A DNA stretch of 32,000 nt from a bacterium. GTDB taxonomy: Bacteria > UBP7 > UBA6624. Location of the stretch: assembly GCA_002716355.1 (NCBI GenBank), contig PBAU01000005.1, positions 20,425-52,424 on the forward strand, written 5' to 3'. Shown here one piece after another: positions 9,487-17,019 of the stretch; the first letter of the stretch is position 1; the number at the start of each line of letters is the position of its first letter. Under the pieces are notes generated by a model. The model was not told where the DNA came from, did no database searches, and saw only the letters and a program-made list of their open reading frames with translations. A program made the translations under genes and the position numbers.

Positions 9487-10593
9487 TTATTGAATCTCCT
9501 GCAACCTTTCCAGTAAAGCAGGAAGTGAGGGTTTATTCCAACTCTGATCTAATATTCCATACCAATCCAAAGCCCCATAAGTTCTTGTTTCACCATTTGC
9601 CATTGTGCCATTTAATGGCCAATAAGCCCAATCAATATCTTTTTCAGATAAATACCTAGTGAAATTCAAAAACCAAGAACCACTTACTGAAGATTCTTTT
9701 ACACAATTGGGATCATTGCTACATGTTCCAAATTCACCAATCCAAACAGGAGCAGTCCATGATTGACCTTCATTTAAAACAAAACCCCAAAGGTAATCAA
9801 AACCTTTTTTCATTTCCTGATAACTTTGAAAGTCAGGATGAAACCAACTGTAATCATGAATCGAATAAACAATCCTGTTTGGAACAGAATAAACAATAGG
9901 CTGATCAAAAACACCCCTAAGATCAGAAGCATAATTTATACCTTCAACAATAATCAATTTACTTGGGTCTATTTTCAGAATGGCCTCTCCTGCACGTATC
10001 GCTGCTCCTCTCCAATCAGTCTCTTTAGACCCCCCCCATGTGGCCCCATTTCTCAATTCATTCCTTAAATCAAAACCAACAACAGCAGGATAATCTTTGT
10101 ATCTTTCAGCTATGATTTCCCATGCTTCTATCCATGCTTTTTCAGGATATTCATCCGTATACCAAAACCCATTCTCCAAACTGTACCAAACAGCCTCACT
10201 TGAATGATTATCAAGAATAACAACCAAGCCCTGATTCCACAAGGATTTAATAACAATATCCATAACCTCAATTGGCCTCAATCCTTTCATTTCAGGATTT
10301 GCAGCAACAACATCATCTGAAACAGCATTTTCCTCAAGGATCATTTCTATTGAAAAAGGAAGTCGGACAGAATTAAACCCAAATAAAGACACTTTTTCTG
10401 AAATTTTATCCACATGTGCTATTTCCAAACCAGCAGGAACATAATCAAGCTCTTCAAAACCATACCAGTTAACACCAGCTAACTTGAATCGTTTATTTTC
10501 TGAATCCATAATCCAACGATCTTCTGTATGAAAAGGGACTTGAGGTTTTTGGATATTATTTAAAAAAAGAAAAAACAAATGAAAAAAGATCAT
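9487..10593 (-). CDS. Glycoside hydrolase family 5 (cellulase/endoglycosidase-like), membrane-anchored or secreted
   Basis: GH5 landmarks appear in order: NSVRLP, VILDNHS, GFDLRNELR (NE acid/base), SIHDYS, VWIGEFG (nucleophile Glu) and AYWPLNG. The N-terminus is hydrophobic. Confidence 0.75.
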   Translation of the reverse strand: MIFFHLFFLFLNNIQKPQVPFHTEDRWIMDSENKRFKLAGVNWYGFEELDYVPAGLEIAHVDKISEKVSLFGFNSVRLPFSIEMILEENAVSDDVVAANPEMKGLRPIEVMDIVIKSLWNQGLVVILDNHSSEAVWYSLENGFWYTDEYPEKAWIEAWEIIAERYKDYPAVVGFDLRNELRNGATWGGSKETDWRGAAIRAGEAILKIDPSKLIIVEGINYASDLRGVFDQPIVYSVPNRIVYSIHDYSWFHPDFQSYQEMKKGFDYLWGFVLNEGQSWTAPVWIGEFGTCSNDPNCVKESSVSGSWFLNFTRYLSEKDIDWAYWPLNGTMANGETRTYGALDWYGILDQSWNKPSLPALLERLQEIQ

Positions 10594-10994
10594 TTTTTCT
10601 CTATATCGTAGGTTACTATTTCCAACCTATGGCCATCAGGGTCATCAAAATAAATCGAATAGCAATTTCCATGATCGACAAACTTGTATTCGATATTTTT
10701 CTGTTTTAACTCTTCACAACTTTTTTCCCAATTCTTAAAATCCGAACCAAAAGCTAAATGTTGGAATGCTAAATCATTTCTTTTTGGATGGCTTCCAGGA
10801 TTTTTACCCACAGGAAAAATTGCTAGCCATTGATCGCCTAAAGTTATCTTTAATGGATTTCCAGGTTTATTTACACCTACAATTTCAAAACCTAAAACAT
10901 CTCTATACCATTCAGCTGATTTTTCTGGATTGGTAACCGTTAAGGCTACATGGTTTATTCCATCAAGCTGCAATTTACTCAGTTCCCATAACAA
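10590..10994 (-). CDS. VOC-superfamily protein (glyoxalase / bleomycin-resistance / extradiol dioxygenase fold)
   Basis: GINHVALTVTNPEKSAEWYRDVLGFE, HLAF and DPDGHRLEIV form the typical single-module VOC pattern. Confidence 0.7.
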   Translation of the reverse strand: MLWELSKLQLDGINHVALTVTNPEKSAEWYRDVLGFEIVGVNKPGNPLKITLGDQWLAIFPVGKNPGSHPKRNDLAFQHLAFGSDFKNWEKSCEELKQKNIEYKFVDHGNCYSIYFDDPDGHRLEIVTYDIEKK

Positions 10995-12426
10995 CAGACT
11001 TGGTTGCCATGTAATGCTCTAAAGCTTCATAACCATGCTCTGCACCAAGACCGCTTTCTTTCATTCCTCCAAAAGGAAGTTCGTCATAAATCTTTGAAAT
11101 GCTATTAATCCAAGTGTAACCAGATTCAATTTTTTCAGCAGCCTTCATTGCAGAATTAACATCTTTAGTCCAGACAGAAGAGCCCAAACCAAAAGGGCTA
11201 TCATTTGCTTTTGAAATTGCTTCATCCATTCCAGAAACCTTCCATAAAGGTAAAGCTGGGCCAAAAACCTCTTCGGTATTCATCTTGCTATCAAAAGAAC
11301 AATCTTCTAAAACTGTTGGCATTAAATAATTACCCTTGTCATATGAATCACCTGATGGCCTCTTACCGCCTATAAGAATTTTTGCACCTTTGTTAACGGC
11401 ATCACTAAATTGATCTTCAACCTCTGCTCTTTGCCCCTCTGTATGCAATGGCCCCATCCTGTTTGATGTATCAAAACCTGAACCTACTGTAATCTTTTTC
11501 ACCTTTTCAACAATCTTCTCTTTAAACTCTTCATAAACTGGCTCATCTACAAAAACTCTTTTAACAGCAAGACAAGCTTGACCGCAGTTAAAAAACCTTC
11601 CAACTGAACAAGCAGAAACAGCTTTATCGATATTTGCATCAGACATAACAATAAAAGGATCGCTACCACCTAGCTCTAAAGTAACCCTTTTAACTGTTGA
11701 TGCTGCTTTGCTCATAACACCTTTACCGACTGGTGTTGAACCTGTAAAACCTATTTTTGCTATATCTGGATGAGTAGCCAAACGATCACCTACAGTTCCT
11801 CCTGGACCACAAACAATATTCAATACGCCTGCTGGCAATCCAGCTTCAAACATAATTGAAGCTACTCTCAAAACAGTTAGAGGTGTTGTGCTCGCGGGTT
11901 TCAAGACAAAAGTGTTTCCAGCAATCAAACCAGGGCCTAATTTATTTCCAGCCAAAGATAGTGGAAAATTCCAAGGTGTAATCGCTCCACAAACACCCAG
12001 TGGTCTTTTTAATATAAGTCCCATCCTTGCAGGATTATGGTCTAAATTTGGGACAGAACCACCCCTTAAAGATTTCGCCATTCCAGCATAATGCTCTAAA
12101 GTATGTGTGAATCTAAAAACCTCCATTTTTGCTTCCTTTATTGGTTTTCCTTGTTCTGAAGTTAATAATTGAGACAATTCATCCACATTTGACTTTACAG
12201 CATTAGCACAAGAATAAAGAATGTCACCTCTTTTCGCTGCTGAAAAAGACCACCAACATTCAAAAGCGTTTTTTGCTGCCCCAACAGCTTCATCAACAAT
12301 TCTTTCATCACCCAAGGCGACTGTCCCAACAACAGAGCCATCAGCAGGATTAAAAACTTTTGATGAATTTTCTCCCATTAATTCTTTTCCATTTATAAAA
12401 AATCCCATGTTAATCATTTTCCACAT
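10975..12426 (-). CDS. NAD(P)+-dependent aldehyde dehydrogenase (stand-alone; candidate for the ALDH half of PaaZ function)
   Basis: ITPWNFP, FTGSTPVGKGV, the catalytic Glu in LELGGSDP, the catalytic Cys in FFNCGQACLAVKR, and EEVFGP. The start is uncertain, with Met codons at 12426, 12417 and 12408. Confidence 0.85.
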   Translation of the reverse strand: MWKMINMGFFINGKELMGENSSKVFNPADGSVVGTVALGDERIVDEAVGAAKNAFECWWSFSAAKRGDILYSCANAVKSNVDELSQLLTSEQGKPIKEAKMEVFRFTHTLEHYAGMAKSLRGGSVPNLDHNPARMGLILKRPLGVCGAITPWNFPLSLAGNKLGPGLIAGNTFVLKPASTTPLTVLRVASIMFEAGLPAGVLNIVCGPGGTVGDRLATHPDIAKIGFTGSTPVGKGVMSKAASTVKRVTLELGGSDPFIVMSDANIDKAVSACSVGRFFNCGQACLAVKRVFVDEPVYEEFKEKIVEKVKKITVGSGFDTSNRMGPLHTEGQRAEVEDQFSDAVNKGAKILIGGKRPSGDSYDKGNYLMPTVLEDCSFDSKMNTEEVFGPALPLWKVSGMDEAISKANDSPFGLGSSVWTKDVNSAMKAAEKIESGYTWINSISKIYDELPFGGMKESGLGAEHGYEALEHYMATKSVVMGTE

Positions 12427-12937
12427 CCTTATGTAAATCCATTAATTTTTGATAAAAAACATCTGCAGCAGTCGAAACATGCTCTAAAGCAGGACCGTTC
12501 AATTCTTTTTTAACTTTGGCAGGAACGCCAGCAGCAAGCATTTTTGCTGGTATATCATCACCCTCTCTAACAACACTTCCAGCAGCTATAAGCGATCCAG
12601 CGCCAACACTTGATCCATCCAAGACACATGCATTCATTCCAATCAAAGCTCCATCTTCAATCACACAACCTTCAAGAACAGCCCCATGCCCAACGGTAAC
12701 ACTATCCTTAACTATTGTTGGATTTATATGACTTGTGTGAATCACACTGTTATCCTGAATGCTTGAATTCCTTCCAATTCTTATATCGAAACCTTGATCA
12801 GCTCTCAAAACAGCTCCATACCAAACATTTGCCCTTTCACCAATATAAACTTGACCAGCAATAGTTGCGTTACTCGCAATAAATGCTGATGGATGTATAA
12901 CGGGGGTTTTTCCATTTACTGTCAGTATGGTTGGCAT
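12410..12937 (-). CDS. paaY: Gamma-carbonic-anhydrase-like hexapeptide-repeat protein (PaaY/YrdA family)
   Basis: It shows a left-handed beta-helix repeat pattern and aligns by eye with E. coli PaaY (TPVIHPSAFI..., IQDNSVIH, VGHGAVLEGC). The third metal-ligand position reads Glu (LEG) rather than the usual His (LHG). Confidence 0.6.
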   Translation of the reverse strand: MPTILTVNGKTPVIHPSAFIASNATIAGQVYIGERANVWYGAVLRADQGFDIRIGRNSSIQDNSVIHTSHINPTIVKDSVTVGHGAVLEGCVIEDGALIGMNACVLDGSSVGAGSLIAAGSVVREGDDIPAKMLAAGVPAKVKKELNGPALEHVSTAADVFYQKLMDLHKDVEND

Positions 12938-12939
12938 TG

Positions 12940-13722
12940 TTACTCTCCTTTAAAAAAGGGTTTTCTCTTTTCTCTGAAAGCCCTGACTCCCTCTTTATGA
13001 TCTTTTGACAAAAGCATTTTTGTTTGAGATTTATATTCCCTTTCAAGAGCAGAATCTCTATCTGTACATGTCATGCTGTTTAGTAATTTTATAGCTTCTC
13101 CAGTTGCCATTGGAGCTCTTGTAACAAGCGTTTTTGCCCAATTGAGAACAAATTCAAGAAGACTCTTGTTTTCCACAGCATGTGAAACAAAACCCATCCT
13201 TAACAACTCATTTGAGCTTGCCAATCTTTGAGAAAGATAAAAATGTTTAGCTTTAGAAAGGCCTAACAATTTCACAAGCCTATAAGTACCTCCGTGAGAA
13301 GGGATTAAATTTAACTGATGTTCTCTAAAACCAGCTTTTGCTTCAGTAGCTATAACCCTAACATCACATGCCATTGCAAGCTGTAATCCTGCTCCGGTTG
13401 CAACACCGTTCATGGCAGCAAAAACAGGCTTCGGTAAATCTTCTAAAAAATCATAAAAATCACTTACAACTCGACTTTGCTTGGTGAAATTATCAGCATT
13501 CCATTTTTTTTCAAAATGGCTAATATCACCTCCAGCACAAAAAGCTTTTCCTGCGCCTGTGAAGACAACTGCCTTGACGTTTTCTTTTGCTAACAACGGT
13601 GTTAAATTTTTAAAATCCTCTCTCATTCCATCATCAAGAGCATTTAAAAAATCAGGCCTATTCAAGGTGATCAATGCAATGCCATTTTCTAGCAGTTCGT
13701 ACTTAATTGAATTCCAACTCAT
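12940..13722 (-). CDS. Enoyl-CoA hydratase/isomerase (crotonase superfamily); PaaF, PaaG or oxepin-CoA-hydrolase role not distinguishable
   Basis: ITLNRPDFLNAL, FTGAGKAFCAGGDI, NGVATGAGLQLAMACDVRV and the C-terminal EGVRAFREKRKPFFKGE. Confidence 0.85.
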   Translation of the reverse strand: MSWNSIKYELLENGIALITLNRPDFLNALDDGMREDFKNLTPLLAKENVKAVVFTGAGKAFCAGGDISHFEKKWNADNFTKQSRVVSDFYDFLEDLPKPVFAAMNGVATGAGLQLAMACDVRVIATEAKAGFREHQLNLIPSHGGTYRLVKLLGLSKAKHFYLSQRLASSNELLRMGFVSHAVENKSLLEFVLNWAKTLVTRAPMATGEAIKLLNSMTCTDRDSALEREYKSQTKMLLSKDHKEGVRAFREKRKPFFKGE

Positions 13723-13907
13723 CTTTCATCTTCTTTCCATTTAATTATTGAAAATGGGGAACTGCACTCAAGGCAATGATACTGTGCCGACATATGGAAA
13801 GGTCCAAAAATGCCTGTTTTTTCTATATTATTAGATCCACAATGAGGGCAACGTTGTTGATTTTTTCTTACGTTTACTTGTTTTTTTCTTTTTTCAAATA
13901 TATTCAA
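13719..13907 (-). CDS. paaD: Stand-alone Zn-ribbon protein equivalent to the C-terminal domain of PaaD
   Basis: RCPHCGSNNIEKTGIFGPFHMSAQYHCLECSSPF aligns, from my memory of E. coli PaaD, with RCPRCASVHTTLISEFGSTACKALYRCDSCREPF. The TTG start sits in a TTGA overlap with the paaC stop, and the stop forms an ATGA overlap with the next gene. Confidence 0.55.
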   Translation of the reverse strand: MNIFEKRKKQVNVRKNQQRCPHCGSNNIEKTGIFGPFHMSAQYHCLECSSPFSIIKWKEDER

Positions 13908-14536
13908 TTTAAAGTTTCCATTAATGATTGAATTTTTGCCTCAAATGCCTTGATCAATTCATTTGAATCCTTATTAATAACCCGCTCTTGCTTGGCTTTT
14001 TTCATTAATTCTTCATCCTCAAAAGAAAGCCATTTTACTGTTTCAGGATATATCTTTTTTACTGATTTTTTCAAATCATCTTTAGCTTCTTCTGAAAGCA
14101 AGCCAAACCAACCAAATGAAAAAATCTCATGGTAATTTTCCTCTTGTAACATCTTAGGGATCCTGGAAGAAAAAAATTCAAAACTGCTTTCCTTCAGAGA
14201 TTCCAAGACAATTGTCATAGCGGTATCGAAAATACAGGAAACAGCAACAAAATCAGTCCAACTATCCCAATCTTCTTTCAAAAATTCGGGAACTTCAAAA
14301 TCTGTTCTATCGGCTACTACAGTCATTTCTTTTGGAGCATTTTCTATTTTTTTAAACAAGGGATACAAAACCCTGGCATGACCAACTTCATCACCTGCCA
14401 TGGAAGCTGCGGCTACGGAAGCTTCAAGTGTTGGGCCGCTACAGCACCAATGCCCATAACGCCTTCCAAGACAATATTTTGCATCAGCCAAGCGTACCAA
14501 AATCTGGAGAATTGAATCTTCTCTTGATTTATTCAT
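13904..14536 (-). CDS. paaC: PaaC-like subunit of a phenylacetyl-CoA-epoxidase-type diiron oxygenase
   Basis: LADAKYCLGRRYGHWCCSGPTLEASVAAASMAGDEVGHARVLY aligns with E. coli PaaC LGDNCLVLSQRLGEWCGHAPELEIDLALANIGLDLLGQARNFL. A second helix, QEENYHEIFSFGW, aligns with KEARYHLRFSRGW. At 210 aa it is shorter than the 248-aa E. coli protein. Confidence 0.7.
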   Translation of the reverse strand: MNKSREDSILQILVRLADAKYCLGRRYGHWCCSGPTLEASVAAASMAGDEVGHARVLYPLFKKIENAPKEMTVVADRTDFEVPEFLKEDWDSWTDFVAVSCIFDTAMTIVLESLKESSFEFFSSRIPKMLQEENYHEIFSFGWFGLLSEEAKDDLKKSVKKIYPETVKWLSFEDEELMKKAKQERVINKDSNELIKAFEAKIQSLMETLN

Positions 14537-14697
14537 ATGACCTTGATTATGGCATCCTCAGGAATCGCAACTAACTCCAGCCACTCCTGACCATACTCCC
14601 CTAAAACAGCATCTTTTGGCGAGCTTGCTTTAATCAAGCCTAGAAAACCCAAAGGATCCTCTCCTTTTTTCCTTCCAAAAATGTGCCAATTAGTCAT
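14533..14697 (-). CDS. Small 54-aa ORF, second PaaB-like protein (absent from the ORF track)
   Basis: My base-by-base translation reads MTNWHIFGRKKGEDPLGFLGLIKASSPKDAVLGEYGQEWLELVAIPEDAIIKVI. It exactly fills the only gap in the operon. Its start overlaps the upstream stop by 8 nt and its stop forms an ATGA overlap with the paaC start. The pattern W.IF.R......G.I.A......A......W.EL.AIP...I resembles the PaaB core. Confidence 0.45.
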   Translation of the reverse strand: MTNWHIFGRKKGEDPLGFLGLIKASSPKDAVLGEYGQEWLELVAIPEDAIIKVI

Positions 14698-14929
14698 CCT
14701 TAACTAAAACTCCATCGTCTATTATCTGGACAGTATCCTTTCTAGCAACTGCAATCATTTCAACCCAAGTACTTTCTTGATACATTTGATAAGCATAGGC
14801 TTTGGCTAAATAGGGGCTTGGTGCAATAACATCCCCATTCAGCTTAATGAATTCATCTTTTGTAGATTTTGAATAAACGTCATACACATCTCCAGTTCGC
14901 TTAGATAGGTTAGTGTCTCTTATTCCCAT
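14690..14929 (-). CDS. paaB: PaaB-like small subunit
   Basis: VYDVYSKSTKDEFIKLNGDVIAPSPYLAKAYAYQMYQESTWVEMIAVARKDTV aligns by eye with E. coli PaaB LYEVFVRSKQGLSHRHVGSLHAADERMALENARDAYTRRSEGCSIWVVKASEI. I prefer the ATG at 14929 over the track's TTG at 14944. Confidence 0.5.
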   Translation of the reverse strand: MGIRDTNLSKRTGDVYDVYSKSTKDEFIKLNGDVIAPSPYLAKAYAYQMYQESTWVEMIAVARKDTVQIIDDGVLVKDD

Positions 14930-15267
14930 TTGATAACACCCCAATCATTTAAGACGTTTACACCTGTTTCAGAAAGCATGTTTTGATTCCACGGAGGGTC
15001 CCAAACCACATTTATACATGCATCTTTAACGTCTTTTTCAAGCAAAAGCCTCTCAACAACATCATCAGACATAAAATCCAAAGCAGGACATGACATCGAA
15101 GTGAAAGTCATGTCAACTATTACATTTTGTTTTTTTTCATCAAAATGAACACCATAAATCAAACCCATATCGACAACATCTATGTCAAATTCAGCATCTT
15201 GGACATCATGAAGAATCTGGTAAAGCTCTTCCTCTCTTGCTGTTCTTTCCTTCGGGTCTTGAATCAT
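14920..15267 (-). CDS. paaD: DUF59 / Fe-S-assembly-like protein equivalent to the N-terminal domain of PaaD
   Basis: DAEFDIDVVDMGLIY, TFTSMSCPA and DPPWNQNMLSETGVNVLNDWGV align with E. coli PaaD DPEIPVLTITDLGMV, TPTYSGCPA and [22 protein letters not shown]. The ORF ends where the PaaD linker to the Zn ribbon would begin. It shares 1 nt (TAATG) with the paaA stop. Confidence 0.75.
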   Translation of the reverse strand: MIQDPKERTAREEELYQILHDVQDAEFDIDVVDMGLIYGVHFDEKKQNVIVDMTFTSMSCPALDFMSDDVVERLLLEKDVKDACINVVWDPPWNQNMLSETGVNVLNDWGVIKWE

Positions 15268-16271
15268 TATCCTTCCAGCATTTGACAGACTTGCTTGTGA
15301 CCTTTTTGCAAAATGCTAACAAATTCATCATTCATTTCACCCCGGTTTCTCCATCTTTTCATAACGCTATAACCATCTGAGTTTGGTTCGATCCAAGGAA
15401 TCTCACCTTCTTCAAAAAGCCATTTTTTCTCAGCTGCATCAAATTTAGATGGAAACGGGAATTCCAAAACATATTTCTTTTCGTTTTCGCAATAATGTGC
15501 TGGAACTTTCAAACCAAGACTTTCTGCAAGAGGCACAGCAGTGCTCATCCATGTTTGCCTTAATTGGTCATTACTTTGACCCTTGAAGCCATATTCAAGT
15601 TGAATATTTTGAGTTTTAAGATTATCAGGAAGGCCAAACCATTCCACAGTCAAAGGGAACATCCAGTCCAAAGCTCTTTGTAATGACTTTCTGCCATCAA
15701 CATCTTTCGACAGTTTTTTCATCCAGGTTTCACCATGTCTCAAATGAAAGCCCTCTTCTTTTCCAACTTTCACCAATGCTCTTTTCCATGGGCCAAAAGT
15801 TGTGTTGTCGAAAACATCATCCAGTAAAACAAAACCTGCCCTGTCATAAAATGCATTCGCTACAGCTAGTTCTGTCCATGTCAATAATGGAACATCAAAA
15901 GCATATGGGTATCTAAAGCTTTTTGGATCTCTTTCATAGATAAATTCTTCCTTATCAACACCAAGATCTTCCATAAGCCTATAAGCTATATGTGCATGGC
16001 CCAATTCATCCTGAATGATTCCCATGGCAGAAATGAATGCATTTGTGGTTGGAGCATCTTTAGCTGCCAAGTAATAAGCAGGCGCACTCATCAGCTCAGT
16101 ATCTGCAGAAACAGTTAATATTTTTTTGATACCATCTAAATATTTAGGAGACATCATAGAGAGTTCCTCTATGTACTTCCCATCGCTTAACCTATTCTCA
16201 ACGAAAGATTCTTCTTTTAACTTAAACAAATAATTACTCCCCCTTGAAATCAGCTCTTCTTTTTTCGACAA
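15267..16271 (-). CDS. paaA: PaaA-like catalytic diiron subunit (1,2-phenylacetyl-CoA epoxidase family)
   Basis: IIQDELGHAHIAY and KVGKEEGFHLRHGETW match the two ExxH diiron helices of PaaA (QDEAGHGLYLY and KICKEESFHQRQG). The start is uncertain: a TTG at 16229 lies 7 nt after a GGGGGAG Shine-Dalgarno and would remove the 38-nt overlap with the upstream crotonase. Confidence 0.85.
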   Translation of the reverse strand: MSKKEELISRGSNYLFKLKEESFVENRLSDGKYIEELSMMSPKYLDGIKKILTVSADTELMSAPAYYLAAKDAPTTNAFISAMGIIQDELGHAHIAYRLMEDLGVDKEEFIYERDPKSFRYPYAFDVPLLTWTELAVANAFYDRAGFVLLDDVFDNTTFGPWKRALVKVGKEEGFHLRHGETWMKKLSKDVDGRKSLQRALDWMFPLTVEWFGLPDNLKTQNIQLEYGFKGQSNDQLRQTWMSTAVPLAESLGLKVPAHYCENEKKYVLEFPFPSKFDAAEKKWLFEEGEIPWIEPNSDGYSVMKRWRNRGEMNDEFVSILQKGHKQVCQMLEG

Positions 16272-17019
16272 AAGCTGTCAAGCCTTCTTTTGCATCATGG
16301 CTTCCAAAAAGAGGTCTCATGTGTTCTCTTTCATTAGAAAGAGCATCATTTAATGACATATTCAAACCTTGGTAAACACTGCTTTTTATATGTGCAATCG
16401 CCATTGAAGCTTGTGAAGAAACCCTTTTAGCCCACTTCACTGTTTCCTCTTCAAGATTTTCAATTGGGAAAAGTTTGTCAACAATTCCATATTCAAGTGC
16501 AGTCTGAGGATCAACAACTCTACCAGTCACCATCATGTCTAAAGCTTTTTGGCAACCAATTAATCTTGGTAGCCTTACAGTACCGCCATTACCCGGCAAA
16601 AGACCTAATGTCACCTCTGGCAAACCCATTCTGTATTCTCCTTCGGCAGCAAATCTAAAATCACAAGCGAGAGTCATTTCAAGACCACCACCAAAAGCAC
16701 CTCCATTAATCATTGCTACAAAAATCTTGCCAGAATTAGCCATTTTTGATAAAGTTTTATGTGCATAATTAATCATGTCAAGATTAGCCTCAAGGTCATC
16801 TAAGTTTTCAATAAACTTTTTTATGTTCGCGCCAGCACTAAAAAGCTTTGAGCTGCCGCTTTTCATGATTACAACCTTAACATCTTCATCATTAATGTTT
16901 TGGTCAATAACCGTGTTCAATTGTTTCATTGTGTCAATGTCATAAGAATTAACTTTTCCATCATCAAGAATGATGAAACCAACTGAACCGTCCTTATCAA
17001 AATGTACTCTTTTTTCCAT
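16234..17019 (-). CDS. Enoyl-CoA hydratase/isomerase (crotonase superfamily), first gene of operon 1
   Basis: FSAGANIKKF, NGGAFGGGLEMTLACDFRFA and the C-terminal EGLTAFVEKRRADFKGE. A strong SD (AAGGAAGG) lies 5 nt upstream of the ATG. Confidence 0.85.
   Translation of the reverse strand: MEKRVHFDKDGSVGFIILDDGKVNSYDIDTMKQLNTVIDQNINDEDVKVVIMKSGSSKLFSAGANIKKFIENLDDLEANLDMINYAHKTLSKMANSGKIFVAMINGGAFGGGLEMTLACDFRFAAEGEYRMGLPEVTLGLLPGNGGTVRLPRLIGCQKALDMMVTGRVVDPQTALEYGIVDKLFPIENLEEETVKWAKRVSSQASMAIAHIKSSVYQGLNMSLNDALSNEREHMRPLFGSHDAKEGLTAFVEKRRADFKGE

Noticed and set aside
343-12731. Other short antisense or alternate-frame ORFs in the track (for example 343..627, 1041..1253, 3852..4061, 7372..7695, 8210..8458, 9826..10068, 12516..12731)
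   Set aside because: Each is nested in a gene with clear family motifs on the other strand or frame. None has conserved-looking sequence or translation signals.
14533-14944. Possibility that the 84-aa and 54-aa ORFs are one frameshifted paaB pseudogene
   Set aside because: Together they would be much longer than PaaB (about 95 aa). Each aligns independently to the same PaaB core rather than to consecutive halves. The junction also has the same overlapping stop/start architecture as the other intact genes in the operon. This still needs a profile-alignment check.
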